A stretch of 63,904 nucleotides of DNA, filler included, from Caldilineae bacterium (GTDB lineage Bacteria > Chloroflexota > Anaerolineae > DTLA01): NCBI GenBank assembly GCA_037446815.1. It is 6 parts of 6 records of this genome, joined end to end, with 100 filler letters (N's around TTAATTAATTAA, not from the genome) between each part and the next. Parts side by side here need not be neighbours in the genome. Positions count along the whole stretch, not along the records: positions 24,585 to 36,696 come from JBBIHX010000081.1; 5 more parts are not named here. One strand, 5' to 3'. Positions 26,121-36,580 of this stretch are shown here, piece by piece. Each line of letters begins with the position of its first letter. Position 1 is the first letter of the stretch. The position numbers and the translations under genes were made by a program. The notes under the pieces are model-generated. The model saw only the letters and a program-made list of their open reading frames with translations, made no database searches and was not told where the DNA came from.

Positions 26121-28343
26121 TCATGGCGTCTTCGGGTGGGACACGGAATTGGCCGCGGGTACCGTCGCGTTAAGATTCTCCAGCCATCCGAAGCCGGGCT
26201 TGTCGCTGATGACCGAGAGGAAGTAGAACTCGCGGATGGGGATCACAGTGATGGCAGCAGGCGGCACCGCGAAGTCCTGGCTGGTGATGGAGAGCGAGCC
26301 GTCCGCGTCGGCGAAGCGGGTGAGGGCAACCCGCCTTAACTGGGCCGCGCCGATGTCCAGATTGAGGGCCAGCGCGTCTTCGGCATTGCTCCAAAACGCT
26401 ATAATGTCCTCATTTCCCCGCGTGAAGAGTTTGTACACCAGGCCTGAGTAGTCGGCGCCCATCAGGGGCGCATCCCACCGATAGACCGGCGTAGCGCCCG
26501 ACAGGTGCTTGACCAGCAGGTTGTAGGCGGCGGGGTCTGCGGGCGCGAAGATGAACTCGGTGCCGATGACGCGCTGGTGGGCGTTGATGGCGCCGATGCG
26601 AAGCCCTGCGAGCGCCTCGCGGGCAGGCGTGGTCGTCGGGTCGGCATCGTGGAAACCGGCGTGCAATTCGGTGTCAAACAGGTAGAAACGGTCAAGCACG
26701 CCCAGCGCGAGCGCGTCGCTGAGGAACCCGCTGGAGTCAATGCGCTCATCTAGCGTCTGCCAGGCCTGTCGTGCAGGAATCAGTCTGCCTAGCGGCGTGG
26801 TGTAGTCGTCCAGTGGCGGGGCCGTCTCGCAACCGTCGGGCAGCGAGTAGGGGTTGGCTGGGTCTTGGAAGTACGCGCAACTGTCGGGTGGATCGGGCAG
26901 CCAGTTGGGGTAGAAATACGGGAACTGGTGAAAGCCGATCGCTACGTTGTCGTTGTCCAGCAGGCCGCGTGAGATCATGTACTCGGTGGTAGCGGTCAGA
27001 TCGTGGTCGCGCGATGCCGTTATCTCCAGCGCGCCGGTGATGAGCAGGGCATAGGGGTTTGCGGCGGCCATTTCGCGCGCCGCGGCGTCGGATGCCGTGA
27101 ACAACAAATCTCCGTATGCCGCAACGAACTCGGGCGAGTTTGGCCCCGCCACGCATGGGGGCTGGTTGGGGCCGCACGTGGCATTGCAATCGCTCATGTC
27201 GGGCGGGGTAGTGCACGGGCACAGATAGAACTCGGCGGCAGGCTCGTTGCCCATCTCCACGAAGCGCAGGTCGGGGGCGTAGCGCGCGACCTGCTGGTAC
27301 ATGTTGTCGCGGAATTGCCGCAGAACGAACCCATTTCGCACATCGTAGAACCCTCTGGAACCGTCGGGGTTGGTGTATTGGGGGCACGTCATCCATCCAA
27401 AGTTGCCGTCCAGCACGCCAGTGAACAGGGGCGAGTAGTCGCGCACGTCCGGCGGCAGGCCGAAGAGCCAGTCCAAGTCGTCCCAGATGTACTGCCCAGG
27501 CGCGTGTTGGATGCCGCCCCATCCGCCTGCGCCGCGCACGAACTGGACCGCGTACCGCTGAGCCAACATGCCTTGCCGCAGGGCGCGCTCCGCTTGTTCG
27601 GGAACGAGCACGCGCTGCACGGGATGGCAGTTGCAGGAGTCCAGTTGCTTGGCGCACGCGACGTCGCGGGTGGTGCCCGGCGGGTCGCCCGGCGTGGTCG
27701 GGCACGATGCGCACGCAGGGCCCCAGATGGCGAGAAATGGCACGGGAATGCCGACATAGGCTGGAGTGTCGGGGTGGATGCTGAACAGCGGAGTCCGGGG
27801 CTGGATGGATGGGGATAACGTGAGTGTGGCGGCTACTCGGTCGTTGCCCGCGACGAACACGAGGGTCAAGGGGTGCGGGCGCATCCGCAGGGTCTGCAGC
27901 ATCAGTTCGCCTGTGGCAGACACGACCATGCCGGCGGAGATGGTCGCGGCGTCCGTCGGGGAGAGCCTGGCGGCATCGTTGACGTAGGTGTGCATGAGGC
28001 TTTGGAAGCGCACCTCAATAGGGCGATGATAGCTGCGCACCTCAATCGGCAGGTAGGCAACGTGTCCCACCGTGAGCGGAACGGTCGCCGGGACCGAGAT
28101 GAATGACAGCCCACCTGGCCCATCGGATAGGACAATGGCGCCGGGCGACGTCGGCGTGGGTGTGGGTGTGGGAGTGGGATGAAGGCCGGTCCAGCGTATC
28201 ATGGCCACGGGTAGACGGATATGTTTAGGCGTGCTCTGCCGGGCCGGACGACCGGCGAGCCGCGAGGTGAATTGCGGAACGGCCAGCAACACCCCCGCGG
28301 TCAGTACAATCACGATTGCTGTCAGGATCGCGGCTCGCTTCAT
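26121..28343 (-). CDS. Large secreted Cys-rich protein with putative clan GH-A glycoside hydrolase barrel
   Basis: Signal/anchor, PT repeats, PGQYIWDDLD, EMGNEP (acid/base-like), GFHQFPY, FDTE (nucleophile-like). Confidence 0.6.
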   Translation of the reverse strand: MKRAAILTAIVIVLTAGVLLAVPQFTSRLAGRPARQSTPKHIRLPVAMIRWTGLHPTPTPTPTPTSPGAIVLSDGPGGLSFISVPATVPLTVGHVAYLPIEVRSYHRPIEVRFQSLMHTYVNDAARLSPTDAATISAGMVVSATGELMLQTLRMRPHPLTLVFVAGNDRVAATLTLSPSIQPRTPLFSIHPDTPAYVGIPVPFLAIWGPACASCPTTPGDPPGTTRDVACAKQLDSCNCHPVQRVLVPEQAERALRQGMLAQRYAVQFVRGAGGWGGIQHAPGQYIWDDLDWLFGLPPDVRDYSPLFTGVLDGNFGWMTCPQYTNPDGSRGFYDVRNGFVLRQFRDNMYQQVARYAPDLRFVEMGNEPAAEFYLCPCTTPPDMSDCNATCGPNQPPCVAGPNSPEFVAAYGDLLFTASDAAAREMAAANPYALLITGALEITASRDHDLTATTEYMISRGLLDNDNVAIGFHQFPYFYPNWLPDPPDSCAYFQDPANPYSLPDGCETAPPLDDYTTPLGRLIPARQAWQTLDERIDSSGFLSDALALGVLDRFYLFDTELHAGFHDADPTTTPAREALAGLRIGAINAHQRVIGTEFIFAPADPAAYNLLVKHLSGATPVYRWDAPLMGADYSGLVYKLFTRGNEDIIAFWSNAEDALALNLDIGAAQLRRVALTRFADADGSLSITSQDFAVPPAAITVIPIREFYFLSVISDKPGFGWLENLNATVPAANSVSHPKTP

Positions 28344-28535
28344 GGGACGCCTCCCGTGCAGGGACACCGAGACCGTCTCGGCATCCGTGCTTTCGGTGTC
28401 AGCATAGCGGCGATATGTTAGCGGGCAAGTGGGAAGATGTAAAACGTTTGTAAGAAGCGACATACGCCCGGCATAGGGGCAAACACAGAGCAGGCACGCC
28501 GTTGCATGTGCGGAGGGCGAGGGTGAGATGTATCT

Positions 28536-28570
28536 GAGACCCCAAGGGTGTTCAAAACCCTTGGGGTCTC
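28536..28570. repeat. Perfect 14-bp stem hairpin (REP-like or terminator downstream of metK)
   Basis: GAGACCCCAAGGGT-gttcaaa-ACCCTTGGGGTCTC. Confidence 0.6.
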
Positions 28571-28636
28571 TTCCGCATCTACCGAGGATGGCGGGGTGAA
28601 GGCGGGGAGCGGATGTCTCCCTGCGGATGCCAGGCC

Positions 28637-29848
28637 CTATAGCGCCGCCTCTTTGCGCAGCAGGTCGGCCTTGTCGGTGCGCTCCCAGGGCAGGTCTAGG
28701 TCGTCGCGCCCGAAGGCCCCGTAAGCCGCCGTCGGCTTGTAGATGGGGCGGCGCAGGTCAAAGTCGCGGATGATGGCGGCTGGCCGCAGGTCAAAGTGCT
28801 TCTTGACCAGTTCCACAATCTTGTCGTCGGGGATGTGGGCCGTGCCGAAGGTCTCCACCATCAGCGACAGGGGTCGGGCGACGCCGATGGCGTAGGACAC
28901 CTGAATCTCCACGCGGTCGGCCAGGCCCGCGGCGACGATGTTTTTGGCGATGTAACGCGCCGCATAGGCCCCGGAGCGGTCCACCTTGGTGGGGTCCTTG
29001 CCCGAGAAGCAGCCGCCACCGTGCCGCACGACGCCGCCGTAGGTGTCCACGATGATCTTTCGGCCCGTGAGGCCGGAGTCGCCCATGGGGCCGCCGATGA
29101 CGAATCGCCCGGTGGGGTTGATGTAGTACTTGGTGGCGCCGTCCAGCAACTCGGCGGGGATGACGGCCCGAATCACGTGCTGCATGATGCCCGCTTCCAC
29201 TTCGTCATGGGTAACCGAAGGATCGTGCTGGGCTGAGACGACAACGGTGTCCACCCGCTTGGGCTTGCCGAAGGCGTACTCCACGGTAACCTGCGACTTG
29301 CCATCGGGCCGCAGCCAGGGCAGGATTTTGGCCTTGCGAACTTCGGCCAGGCGGCGGCAGAGGCGGTGCGCCAGCGAGATGGTCAGGGGCATGTACTCGG
29401 GCGTCTCGTTGCAGGCGAAGCCGATCATCATGCCCTGGTCGCCGGCGCCGATGGCCTCTATCTCCTCGTCGGTCATCTCGCCCTTTTTGGCTTCCAGCGC
29501 CTTGTCCACGCCCAGGGCGATGTCCTTGGACTGCTCCTTGACGGAGACGATGACGCCGCAGGTGTCGGCATCAAACCCGTACTTGGCGCGGGTGTAGCCA
29601 ATGTCGCGGATGGTGTTGCGGGCGATCTCGGCCATGTCCACGCGGGCCGATGTGGTGATTTCGCCCATGATGACGACGAGGCCGGTGGTGGCGCTGCACT
29701 CGCAGGCCACGCGGGCGTCGGGGTCTTGGGCCAGGATGGCGTCCAGGATCGCGTCGGAAATCTGGTCGCAGACCTTGTCGGGATGGCCTTCGGTTACCGA
29801 TTCGGATGTCAGGTACAGTTTGGCCGAAGTGGCGAACGTGGTACTCAT
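28637..29848 (-). CDS. metK: S-adenosylmethionine synthetase
   Basis: [51 protein letters not shown]. Confidence 0.98.
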   Translation of the reverse strand: MSTTFATSAKLYLTSESVTEGHPDKVCDQISDAILDAILAQDPDARVACECSATTGLVVIMGEITTSARVDMAEIARNTIRDIGYTRAKYGFDADTCGVIVSVKEQSKDIALGVDKALEAKKGEMTDEEIEAIGAGDQGMMIGFACNETPEYMPLTISLAHRLCRRLAEVRKAKILPWLRPDGKSQVTVEYAFGKPKRVDTVVVSAQHDPSVTHDEVEAGIMQHVIRAVIPAELLDGATKYYINPTGRFVIGGPMGDSGLTGRKIIVDTYGGVVRHGGGCFSGKDPTKVDRSGAYAARYIAKNIVAAGLADRVEIQVSYAIGVARPLSLMVETFGTAHIPDDKIVELVKKHFDLRPAAIIRDFDLRRPIYKPTAAYGAFGRDDLDLPWERTDKADLLRKEAAL

Positions 29849-29977
29849 GGATTGTGCTCCTTTCTGAATGTGATTTCAGGTCTGTTCGTTTGGATGGCTC
29901 ACCGCAGAGTCGGAGAGGGAACATCGGGTACCCTCTGTGCTCTCTGTGCTCTCGGCGGTGAAAGCCCGCCGGTTTTG

Positions 29978-30012
29978 GCAAAAAGAAAACTCCCTCAAGA
30001 TGAGAGAGTTTC
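29978..30012 (-). terminator. Riboswitch-controlled intrinsic terminator
   Basis: Minus strand GAAACTCTCTCA-TCT-TGAGGGAGTTTTC-TTTT; 5' arm CTCTCATCTT is complementary to the P1 3' strand AAGATGAGAG. Confidence 0.8.
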
Positions 30013-30019
30013 AAGGCAC

Positions 30020-30158
30020 CTCTCATCTTTCAGACTCGCTCGGTGCGGTCTGCCGGAATTGGCACCATGAACGGGGTCATCGCCCCCGACGGGCCGCGAC
30101 CCGCCGTTCTGGTTGCCGGGGTTTCACAGGGCCGGTCCCTCCACCCCTCTGGATGAGC
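30020..30158 (-). ncRNA. SAM-I (S-box) riboswitch
   Basis: Minus strand CTCATCCAGAGGGGTGGAGGGACCGGCCCTGTGAAACCCCGGCAACC...GGTGCCAATTCCGGCAG...CTGAAAGATGAG upstream of metK. Confidence 0.93.
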
Positions 30159-30184
30159 GTCCAGTCATATTCGGTTGTGCGGGG

Positions 30185-30213
30185 ATAATAGCACAGGGCG
30201 GCGGGTTTGTCAA
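30185..30213 (-). promoter_or_regulatory. Sigma70 promoter for the SAM riboswitch and metK
   Basis: TTGACA-17-TATTAT with extended -10 TG. Confidence 0.75.
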
Positions 30214-30228
30214 AAAACCGAACGTGCC

Positions 30229-30378
30229 GAGTCGGTCTCATCTTGTGTTGGTGAACCGTAGGCGCACTGTCCTCGTGTGTCGTTGCGAGCGAAGCGAAGC
30301 AACCCCACGCTCCAGGGATTGCTTCGGGCGCTCCGCGCCCTCGCAATGACAAACACCAACAGACTTTGGAACCGAATC
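30229..30378. repeat. ~150-bp MITE/REP-like element (family A), inverted copy
   Basis: Reverse complement closely matches 1575-1724 end to end. Confidence 0.85.
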
Positions 30379-30404
30379 AACGTGCCTTTTTTCACCGCCG
30401 GGGC

Positions 30405-30585
30405 GCCCACGCCCGCCCGACGCTAAAGCATCGGGTCGGGTGGGCGTGGCATCTTCTCCCTTAGCGCGGGGGTTTAGCCCCGCGCGGGGCCTGCATCATC
30501 CACAAATAACACGCATTGGCACGAATAGGGGGTGGGGCGGGGTGTCTACACCCGCCCGAGGCTGAAGTCTCGGGCTAAGGCGGCG
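30405..30585. repeat. REP-like units
   Basis: CCCGACGCTAAAGCATCGGG, CTTAGCGCGGGGGTTTAGCCCCGCG, CCCGAGGCTGAAGTCTCGGGCTAAGG; related units at 31870-31950. Confidence 0.65.
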
Positions 30586-30810
30586 AGGACGTGCGGGCCG
30601 GAGGTGGTAGGAACGGCGGCGCGGCCGATTTCCCTTCCCGTGCAGGGCGTGGTACAATAGGCATGCTGTCACGATGCGCAGAGATGTGAGGGGTGCCAGC
30701 GGGCTCCCCTCGTTTTGTTCTCCCTGCGGCACATGGCCCTTACTTCTGGGGAGCGGAGCGACGAGGCCGCCGCTGCAGGAAGGCCCAATAATTCAGTGAG
30801 GAGCAAACCG

Positions 30811-31788
30811 ATGAAAAGCAGAACCCTGACGCTAGCCCTCGCCGTCGTGTTCGCGCTGCTGCTGGCGGCGTGTGGCGGCAAGGCGACCCCCACCGCAACC
30901 CCTGTCCCCACGCCCACCGACACGCCGACTCCCGAGCCGTCGCCTACCGTGGGGGGCGTGGACGTGGCGATGACGCTGATTACGCAGCCTTCCGGCCCCA
31001 GCGTGGCCCTTGTCAACGGCGTTGCCATCTCGGCGGACCTGTACCTGGGCGAACTGGAGCGGCAACTCATCTACATCACCGAGCAGTACGGCCTGGACTG
31101 GAACGATCCCCAGATTCAAGTCTATCTGCCTCAGGTTGAGCAGCAGACGTACTGGCAACTCATCAACCTGGAGTTGGCGCGCCAACTGGCACGCGCGGAG
31201 GGAATCGTCATCAGCGACGACGCCCTCGCCCAGGAGATTGAGACCACGCGCCAGTCCATCCTGTCCAGCGGCACGTACACCGACTGGGACAACTTCCTGG
31301 CCGTGAACAAGATCACCGACGCGTACTTCCGCGACCGCATCCGTGATTCCATGATTGTGGACGAACTGGTGAAGCGGCACGGCGGCCCCACCGAGGCCGA
31401 GCAGGTGCACGCGCAGCACATCCTGGTGGCCGACGAGGAGACCGCTCGCAAGGTGCTGGACGAACTGAAGGCGGGCAAGACGTTTGAGGAACTGGCTGCG
31501 GCCTACTCGCAGGACACCGGCTCCAAGGACACCGGCGGAGACCTGGGTTGGTTCCCGCGCGGGGTGATGGTTGCCGCGTTTGAGGAAGCGGCGTTCTCGC
31601 TGGCCGTGGGCGAAGTGAGCGAGCCGGTACAGACGGATTTCGGCTATCACATCATCAAGGTGCTGGGCAAGGAGGTGCGGCCGCTGGAGGCCGAGATGCT
31701 CCAGCAGATGCAGGAGCAGGCTTTCAGCGAGTGGTTCTCGGCCCAGCGCGACCAGGCGCAGATTCAGGAGCAGATGACCTGGGAGTAG
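30811..31788 (+). CDS. PrsA/SurA-like parvulin peptidyl-prolyl isomerase lipoprotein
   Basis: LLAAC lipobox, PT linker, VHAQHILV, GGDLGWF, TDFGYHIIKV. Confidence 0.88.
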   Translation: MKSRTLTLALAVVFALLLAACGGKATPTATPVPTPTDTPTPEPSPTVGGVDVAMTLITQPSGPSVALVNGVAISADLYLGELERQLIYITEQYGLDWNDPQIQVYLPQVEQQTYWQLINLELARQLARAEGIVISDDALAQEIETTRQSILSSGTYTDWDNFLAVNKITDAYFRDRIRDSMIVDELVKRHGGPTEAEQVHAQHILVADEETARKVLDELKAGKTFEELAAAYSQDTGSKDTGGDLGWFPRGVMVAAFEEAAFSLAVGEVSEPVQTDFGYHIIKVLGKEVRPLEAEMLQQMQEQAFSEWFSAQRDQAQIQEQMTWE

Positions 31789-31987
31789 TCGCAGGGCGCG
31801 GGAGGCGCGCGGGGTCGCCCACGGAGTTCACCCATGGGTTCCCGAACGCCGGGGGTGAGGTGCCTCGGCCTGCCCGAGGTTGAAGCCTCGGGCTAAGGGG
31901 GCGCGGACTGCGGGCTGGGCTGCCGTAGCGCGGGGGTTTGGCCCCGCGGGATATGGAGTCGCCCGCGGACCGCACCCATCGGTCCCT

Positions 31988-32196
31988 GTTGCCGCCCGCG
32001 GAGAAGGGAAGACCGAAGGCCGGGAGTGAGATGCGCGGGGAGNNNNNNNNNNNNNNNNNNNNNNNNNNNNNNNNNNNNNNNNNNNNNNNNNNNNNNNNNN
32101 NNNNNNNNNNNNNNNNNNNNNNNNNNNNNNNNNNNNNNNNNNGTTGCCGCCCGCGGAGAAGGGAAGACCGAAGGCCGGGAGTGAGATGCGCGGGGA
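31988..32196. repeat. Direct repeat flanking a 100-N scaffold gap (32043-32142)
   Basis: GTTGCCGCCCGCGGAGAAGGGAAGACCGAAGGCCGGGAGTGAGATGCGCGGGGAG on both sides of the gap. Confidence 0.7.
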
Positions 32197-32250
32197 GGCG
32201 CGTGGGAGCGCGGGCGGCCTACACATGCCCGCGATGGTGGCGCTGATTTT

Positions 32251-34194
32251 GTGGCCGACGCGTTGCAGCGACGGGACGCCGAACGCCGTCGCGCAGAAGA
32301 GGAGGTCCGTCGGATGAAGGACTTCAGCGAAGGGTTGATACAGAGCATGATGGAAGGCGTGATGACCGATAACATGGAGGGATACTTCACCTTCGCCAAC
32401 GAGGCAGCGGCGGCCATCTTGGGCTACGATTCGCCGGCGGAGTTGGTGGGGCAGCATTGGACGGCCATCATCGCGCCCGACTGCCACGACATCATCCGCG
32501 CGGCCAACGAGCGCCGAAGCCACGGCGTTCGCGACCGCTACGAGGTGGACCTCATTCGCAAGGACGGACGGCGCATCACCGTGGAGGTAACCGGCGGCCC
32601 CCGCATGGAAGGCGGCGAGCAGGTGGGCACAACGTCCGTGTTCAGCGATATCACCGAGCGCAAACTGCTGGAGCAACTCCTCTGGCAGACCAAGGTGGTG
32701 GTGGAGCATAGTCCCGTGGCGCTGTTTCGGTGTCATGCCACGGGCGATTGTCGGATGGAGTTCGTGTCCGAGAACATCGGCCGGTTTGGGTACACGCGGG
32801 AGCAGATTCTCGGCGGGGCGCTGTCGCTGTACGCGCTCATCCACCCCGAGGACCGCGAGCGCGTGGCCGACGAACTGGCCCGGCGCGTGGCTGCGGGCGA
32901 GGATGCCTTCCAGTTGACCTTCCGCACCCAGGCGCGAGATGGAACCGTCGTCTGGACGGAGAGTTACACCGAGGCGGTGCGCGCGGCCGACGGCACCGTG
33001 TTGCACTTTCAGGGGGCTTGGCTGGACATCACGGACCGCAAGCAATTGGAAGAGCGACTCCTCCAGGCGCAGAAGATGGAGGCCATCGGGCGATTGGCCG
33101 GCGGCGTGGCGCACGACTTCAACAACCTGTTGACCGCCATCTCGGGCTACGCCAACTTCGCCCTGGAGACGGTGGGAGAGAAGCACCGGGCGGCGGGCGA
33201 CCTACACGGCATCCTGGACGCGGCATCCCGTGCAGCCGACCTTACCCGACAACTCCTTGCCTTCTCGCGCAAGCAGATTTTTGAGTTGAAGGCCGTGGAT
33301 TTGAACGCGCTCATCCAGGGCATGGGCAAGATGCTGCGGCGGCTTATCGGCGAGGACATTGACCTGGCCATCGTGCCCGGCGCGAACCCCGCGACCACCC
33401 GCGCCGACGCCGCGCAGATAGAGCAGGTGCTGGTGAATCTGGCGGTGAATGCCCGCGACGCCATGCCCGACGGAGGCACGCTGACCATTGAGACGAGCAA
33501 CGTAACCCTGGATGACGCCTATGTGCGCACCCATCCGGGAGCCGTGGCGGGCGACTATGTCCTCGTCGCCGTTACGGACACGGGCGTGGGCATGAGCGAG
33601 GAGGTCAAATCACGCATCTTTGAGCCGTTCTTTACGACCAAGGAGCCGGGGAAGGGCACCGGACTGGGCTTGTCCACGGTGTTCGGCATTGTGAAGCAGC
33701 ACGAGGGCAACATCTACGTGTACAGCGAGCCGGGCGTGGGCACCACGTTCAAGGTGTACCTGAAGCAGGCGATGGAGTCGGCCCAGGCGCAGGCAGAGCG
33801 AGCCGAAGAGCAGCGGGTTGTGGGCGGGACGGAGACGATCCTGCTGACCGAAGATGATGCGGCGGTGCGACAGATGGCAGCGCGCATCCTGCGAGGGCTG
33901 GGGTATACGGTGCTGGAGGCGGCCAATGGCGCAGAGGCGTTGCAGGCGGCGCGGAAGCACGGCGGCCGCATTGACCTGCTGATTACCGACGTGGTGATGC
34001 CGCGCATGAACGGGCGGGAACTGGCCCAGCGGCTGGCGGAGATCTGCCCGGATGTGAAGACGCTGTACGTGTCCGGCTACACGGAGAATGCCATCGCGCA
34101 TAACCACATCTTGGACGACGGCGCTCACTTCTTGCAGAAGCCGTTTGCACGGCGCGCGCTGGCGCAGAAGGTGCGCCAGGTGCTGGACGCGTAG
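32251..34194 (+). CDS. Cytoplasmic hybrid sensor kinase (2 PAS, HisKA, HATPase, REC); possibly 5'-truncated
   Basis: Two PAS-PAC domains ending [43 protein letters not shown], receiver LLITDVVMP. Confidence 0.88.
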   Translation: MADALQRRDAERRRAEEEVRRMKDFSEGLIQSMMEGVMTDNMEGYFTFANEAAAAILGYDSPAELVGQHWTAIIAPDCHDIIRAANERRSHGVRDRYEVDLIRKDGRRITVEVTGGPRMEGGEQVGTTSVFSDITERKLLEQLLWQTKVVVEHSPVALFRCHATGDCRMEFVSENIGRFGYTREQILGGALSLYALIHPEDRERVADELARRVAAGEDAFQLTFRTQARDGTVVWTESYTEAVRAADGTVLHFQGAWLDITDRKQLEERLLQAQKMEAIGRLAGGVAHDFNNLLTAISGYANFALETVGEKHRAAGDLHGILDAASRAADLTRQLLAFSRKQIFELKAVDLNALIQGMGKMLRRLIGEDIDLAIVPGANPATTRADAAQIEQVLVNLAVNARDAMPDGGTLTIETSNVTLDDAYVRTHPGAVAGDYVLVAVTDTGVGMSEEVKSRIFEPFFTTKEPGKGTGLGLSTVFGIVKQHEGNIYVYSEPGVGTTFKVYLKQAMESAQAQAERAEEQRVVGGTETILLTEDDAAVRQMAARILRGLGYTVLEAANGAEALQAARKHGGRIDLLITDVVMPRMNGRELAQRLAEICPDVKTLYVSGYTENAIAHNHILDDGAHFLQKPFARRALAQKVRQVLDA

Positions 34195-34215
34195 AGGATT
34201 GGGGGCGCGGGGAGC

Positions 34216-35127
34216 ATGGAACGCACCATCGTGCTTCAGGCGGAGCGCGGGGGCGTGCGCGTGGACAAATACGTGGCCGAGGCGGTGCCTGACCTGTCGC
34301 GGGCGGCGGCTCAGCACCTGATAGACGAGGGCCGCATCCGCGTGAACGGGGCGGTCGTCAAGGCGTCGTACCGCCTGGAGCCGGGCGACACCATCGCCGT
34401 GGAAATCCCCCCGCCAGTGGAGGTGAGCCTCGCGCCGGAAGCCATTCCCCTGGACATTGTGTACGAAGACCCCGATATCCTGGTGGTGAACAAGCCCGCA
34501 GGGATGGTGGTGCACCCCGGGTTCGGACACGCCGGCGGGACGCTGGTCAACGCGGTGCTGGCCCACTGCCCGGACCTGGCGGGCGTGGGCGGCGAGTTGC
34601 GCCCGGGCATCGTGCATCGGCTGGACAAGGACACGTCAGGCCTCATCGTCGTGGCGAAAGGCGACGCGGCTCTGCGCGACCTCCAGGCGCAGTTCCAGGG
34701 GCGCGAGGTGCAGAAGGCGTACCTGGCGCTGGTGGAGGGGCATGTGTCGCCGGCCACGGGCCTGATTGACGCGCCCATCGGGCGGGACCCGCGGGCGCGC
34801 AAGAAGATGGCCGTGGTGCCGCGCGGCGGACGCGAGGCCCAGACCGAGTACCGCGCGCTGGAGTTCTACGATGCCCATACGCTGGTGGAGGCGCACCCGC
34901 TCACGGGCCGCACCCACCAGATTCGCATCCACATGGCCTTTATCGGCCACCCCATCGTCGGCGATCCCGTGTACGGGTTCCGCAAGCAGCGGGCGCAGGC
35001 GCCGCGGCTGTTTCTGCACGCGGCGCGGCTGGGATTCCGTCTGCCCTCCACGGGCGAGTGGCGCGAGTTTCAGGCTCCGCTGCCCGACGACTTGGCGGCC
35101 GTGTTGGCGCGCCTGCGGCGAGATTGA
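34216..35127 (+). CDS. rluD: RluA/RluD-family pseudouridine synthase with S4 domain
   Basis: S4 domain, VNKPAGMVVHP, HRLDKDTSG, TGRTHQIR, LHA. Confidence 0.88.
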   Translation: MERTIVLQAERGGVRVDKYVAEAVPDLSRAAAQHLIDEGRIRVNGAVVKASYRLEPGDTIAVEIPPPVEVSLAPEAIPLDIVYEDPDILVVNKPAGMVVHPGFGHAGGTLVNAVLAHCPDLAGVGGELRPGIVHRLDKDTSGLIVVAKGDAALRDLQAQFQGREVQKAYLALVEGHVSPATGLIDAPIGRDPRARKKMAVVPRGGREAQTEYRALEFYDAHTLVEAHPLTGRTHQIRIHMAFIGHPIVGDPVYGFRKQRAQAPRLFLHAARLGFRLPSTGEWREFQAPLPDDLAAVLARLRRD

Positions 35128-35214
35128 CGGCAGCCGCGAATGCAGGCGGAGTCTACAGGCGATCCGCGAATCGCCCGTAGCCTCCGTGCGCATCCCGCCG
35201 GCGGCGCCTGGCGT

Positions 35215-36516
35215 CTACAGCCCGTACTGCGCCCTGACCAGCGGGGCCAGGCCCAGTTTCTCCAGCGTCTTCATCGGCGCGAGCATCGTTACCGTAACGA
35301 CGCCCGGGAGCCGCCCGATTTCCACCGCGCCGGTCAGCGTTACGCGGTTGAGCACCTCGTCCTTGGACATGCCCAGCAGGTCGGCCATGCGGGCCACGCC
35401 GTTGTCCGCCGCTTCGTTGAGGTTTGCGCCGGAGCCGACCATCTGGATGGGCGCGGCTTCCTCCAGGGCGTGTTGGCCGAAGCGTGCGGCGAGCGCCTTC
35501 GCGGCGGCCTTCTCGCGGGCCTTGTGCGGGCGGGCCAGGTAGGGGAGGTCCTCCGCGGGCGGCAGCAGGATAGGCCCGCCGATTTTCAGCCCCTTGAGCA
35601 GGTGCACGTCCACGGAGACCCGCGCCGACACGTCGGTGGTGTGGCCCGCGATCTCGCCATCGCCCTGCATGGCGTGGGCGTCGCCCATGTAGACGCCGCC
35701 GCCGTCCACCTTGACGGGGCAGATGAGCACGGCGCCGGCGCGCACGGAGTCAATATCCAGGTGGCCGTCGGTGCGGTGCTCCAACTGCTCCTTGGCGATG
35801 CCGTACTTGTGGGGCGCGCCGATGAGGAACTGGCCGAAGTCGCCCGCGTTGTGCGAGTCGGGCATGTCAATGGCGGGCGTCGTGCCGATGTTGCCCAGGA
35901 AGGGACGCATGCGCGTGGCCACGCCCGCGATGTCGGCAGGGCACAGGGCCACCACCGGATGCTGCTCGGACTTCTTGGGCAGGGCCATCAGTTTGGCGGC
36001 TTCCTCGGCCAGGCGCTTGGCCACGTCGGGGCCGACGGTAACACCCACCTTCTTCGCGCCATCCAGCACGATGGTGTAGCCGTTGGCGAAGTGGAAGGGG
36101 CTGACCTCGGCTCCGCACACGGCGCAGTGAATGGCCTCGGCGCCCACGCCGACGACTTTGGTGGGCGGGCTTTCGGTGCCGCACTGGGGGCAGACCCGCG
36201 CCACGAACGGGTCGCCCACATAGCGCCCTTCCACCACCGTCATGGTGCCCGATGAGGTAACGACGGAGGTTACACGGATGCGGCGGATGTGAATGGCGAT
36301 GGCGTCGCCCACTTTCGCGCCCTCAACGGCGACGGGCGTGGTTACCTCGTGCCCGCCGTGGAACGAGGGGGTGATCATGGGCCCCCAGCAGCCAGGGGCG
36401 GTGTCGGCGATGATGCGCCCGCCGTCGGCGACGGGGCCGATCATGGAGATGCTCGGCCCAACGATGCCGCCTGTGAAGGTGCCCACGCGAACCGACTTTT
36501 TCGCTTTGCTTGCCAT
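35215..36516 (-). CDS. Acetamidase/formamidase-family protein
   Basis: GHEVTTPVAVEGA, PFLGNIG, DGHLD, GDAHAMQGDGE; CxxC..CxxC insert. Confidence 0.85.
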   Translation of the reverse strand: MASKAKKSVRVGTFTGGIVGPSISMIGPVADGGRIIADTAPGCWGPMITPSFHGGHEVTTPVAVEGAKVGDAIAIHIRRIRVTSVVTSSGTMTVVEGRYVGDPFVARVCPQCGTESPPTKVVGVGAEAIHCAVCGAEVSPFHFANGYTIVLDGAKKVGVTVGPDVAKRLAEEAAKLMALPKKSEQHPVVALCPADIAGVATRMRPFLGNIGTTPAIDMPDSHNAGDFGQFLIGAPHKYGIAKEQLEHRTDGHLDIDSVRAGAVLICPVKVDGGGVYMGDAHAMQGDGEIAGHTTDVSARVSVDVHLLKGLKIGGPILLPPAEDLPYLARPHKAREKAAAKALAARFGQHALEEAAPIQMVGSGANLNEAADNGVARMADLLGMSKDEVLNRVTLTGAVEIGRLPGVVTVTMLAPMKTLEKLGLAPLVRAQYGL

Positions 36517-36580
36517 AGCCCACTCCTTTCTGACGCTGCGGATGCCCCAGGGTTAGCGCCATGGGGCGACGGACTGCCGG

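Noticed and set aside
31988..32196. Terminal direct repeats of a mobile element
   Set aside because: Identical sequence on both sides of an N gap is most simply an unmerged overlap or collapsed tandem repeat
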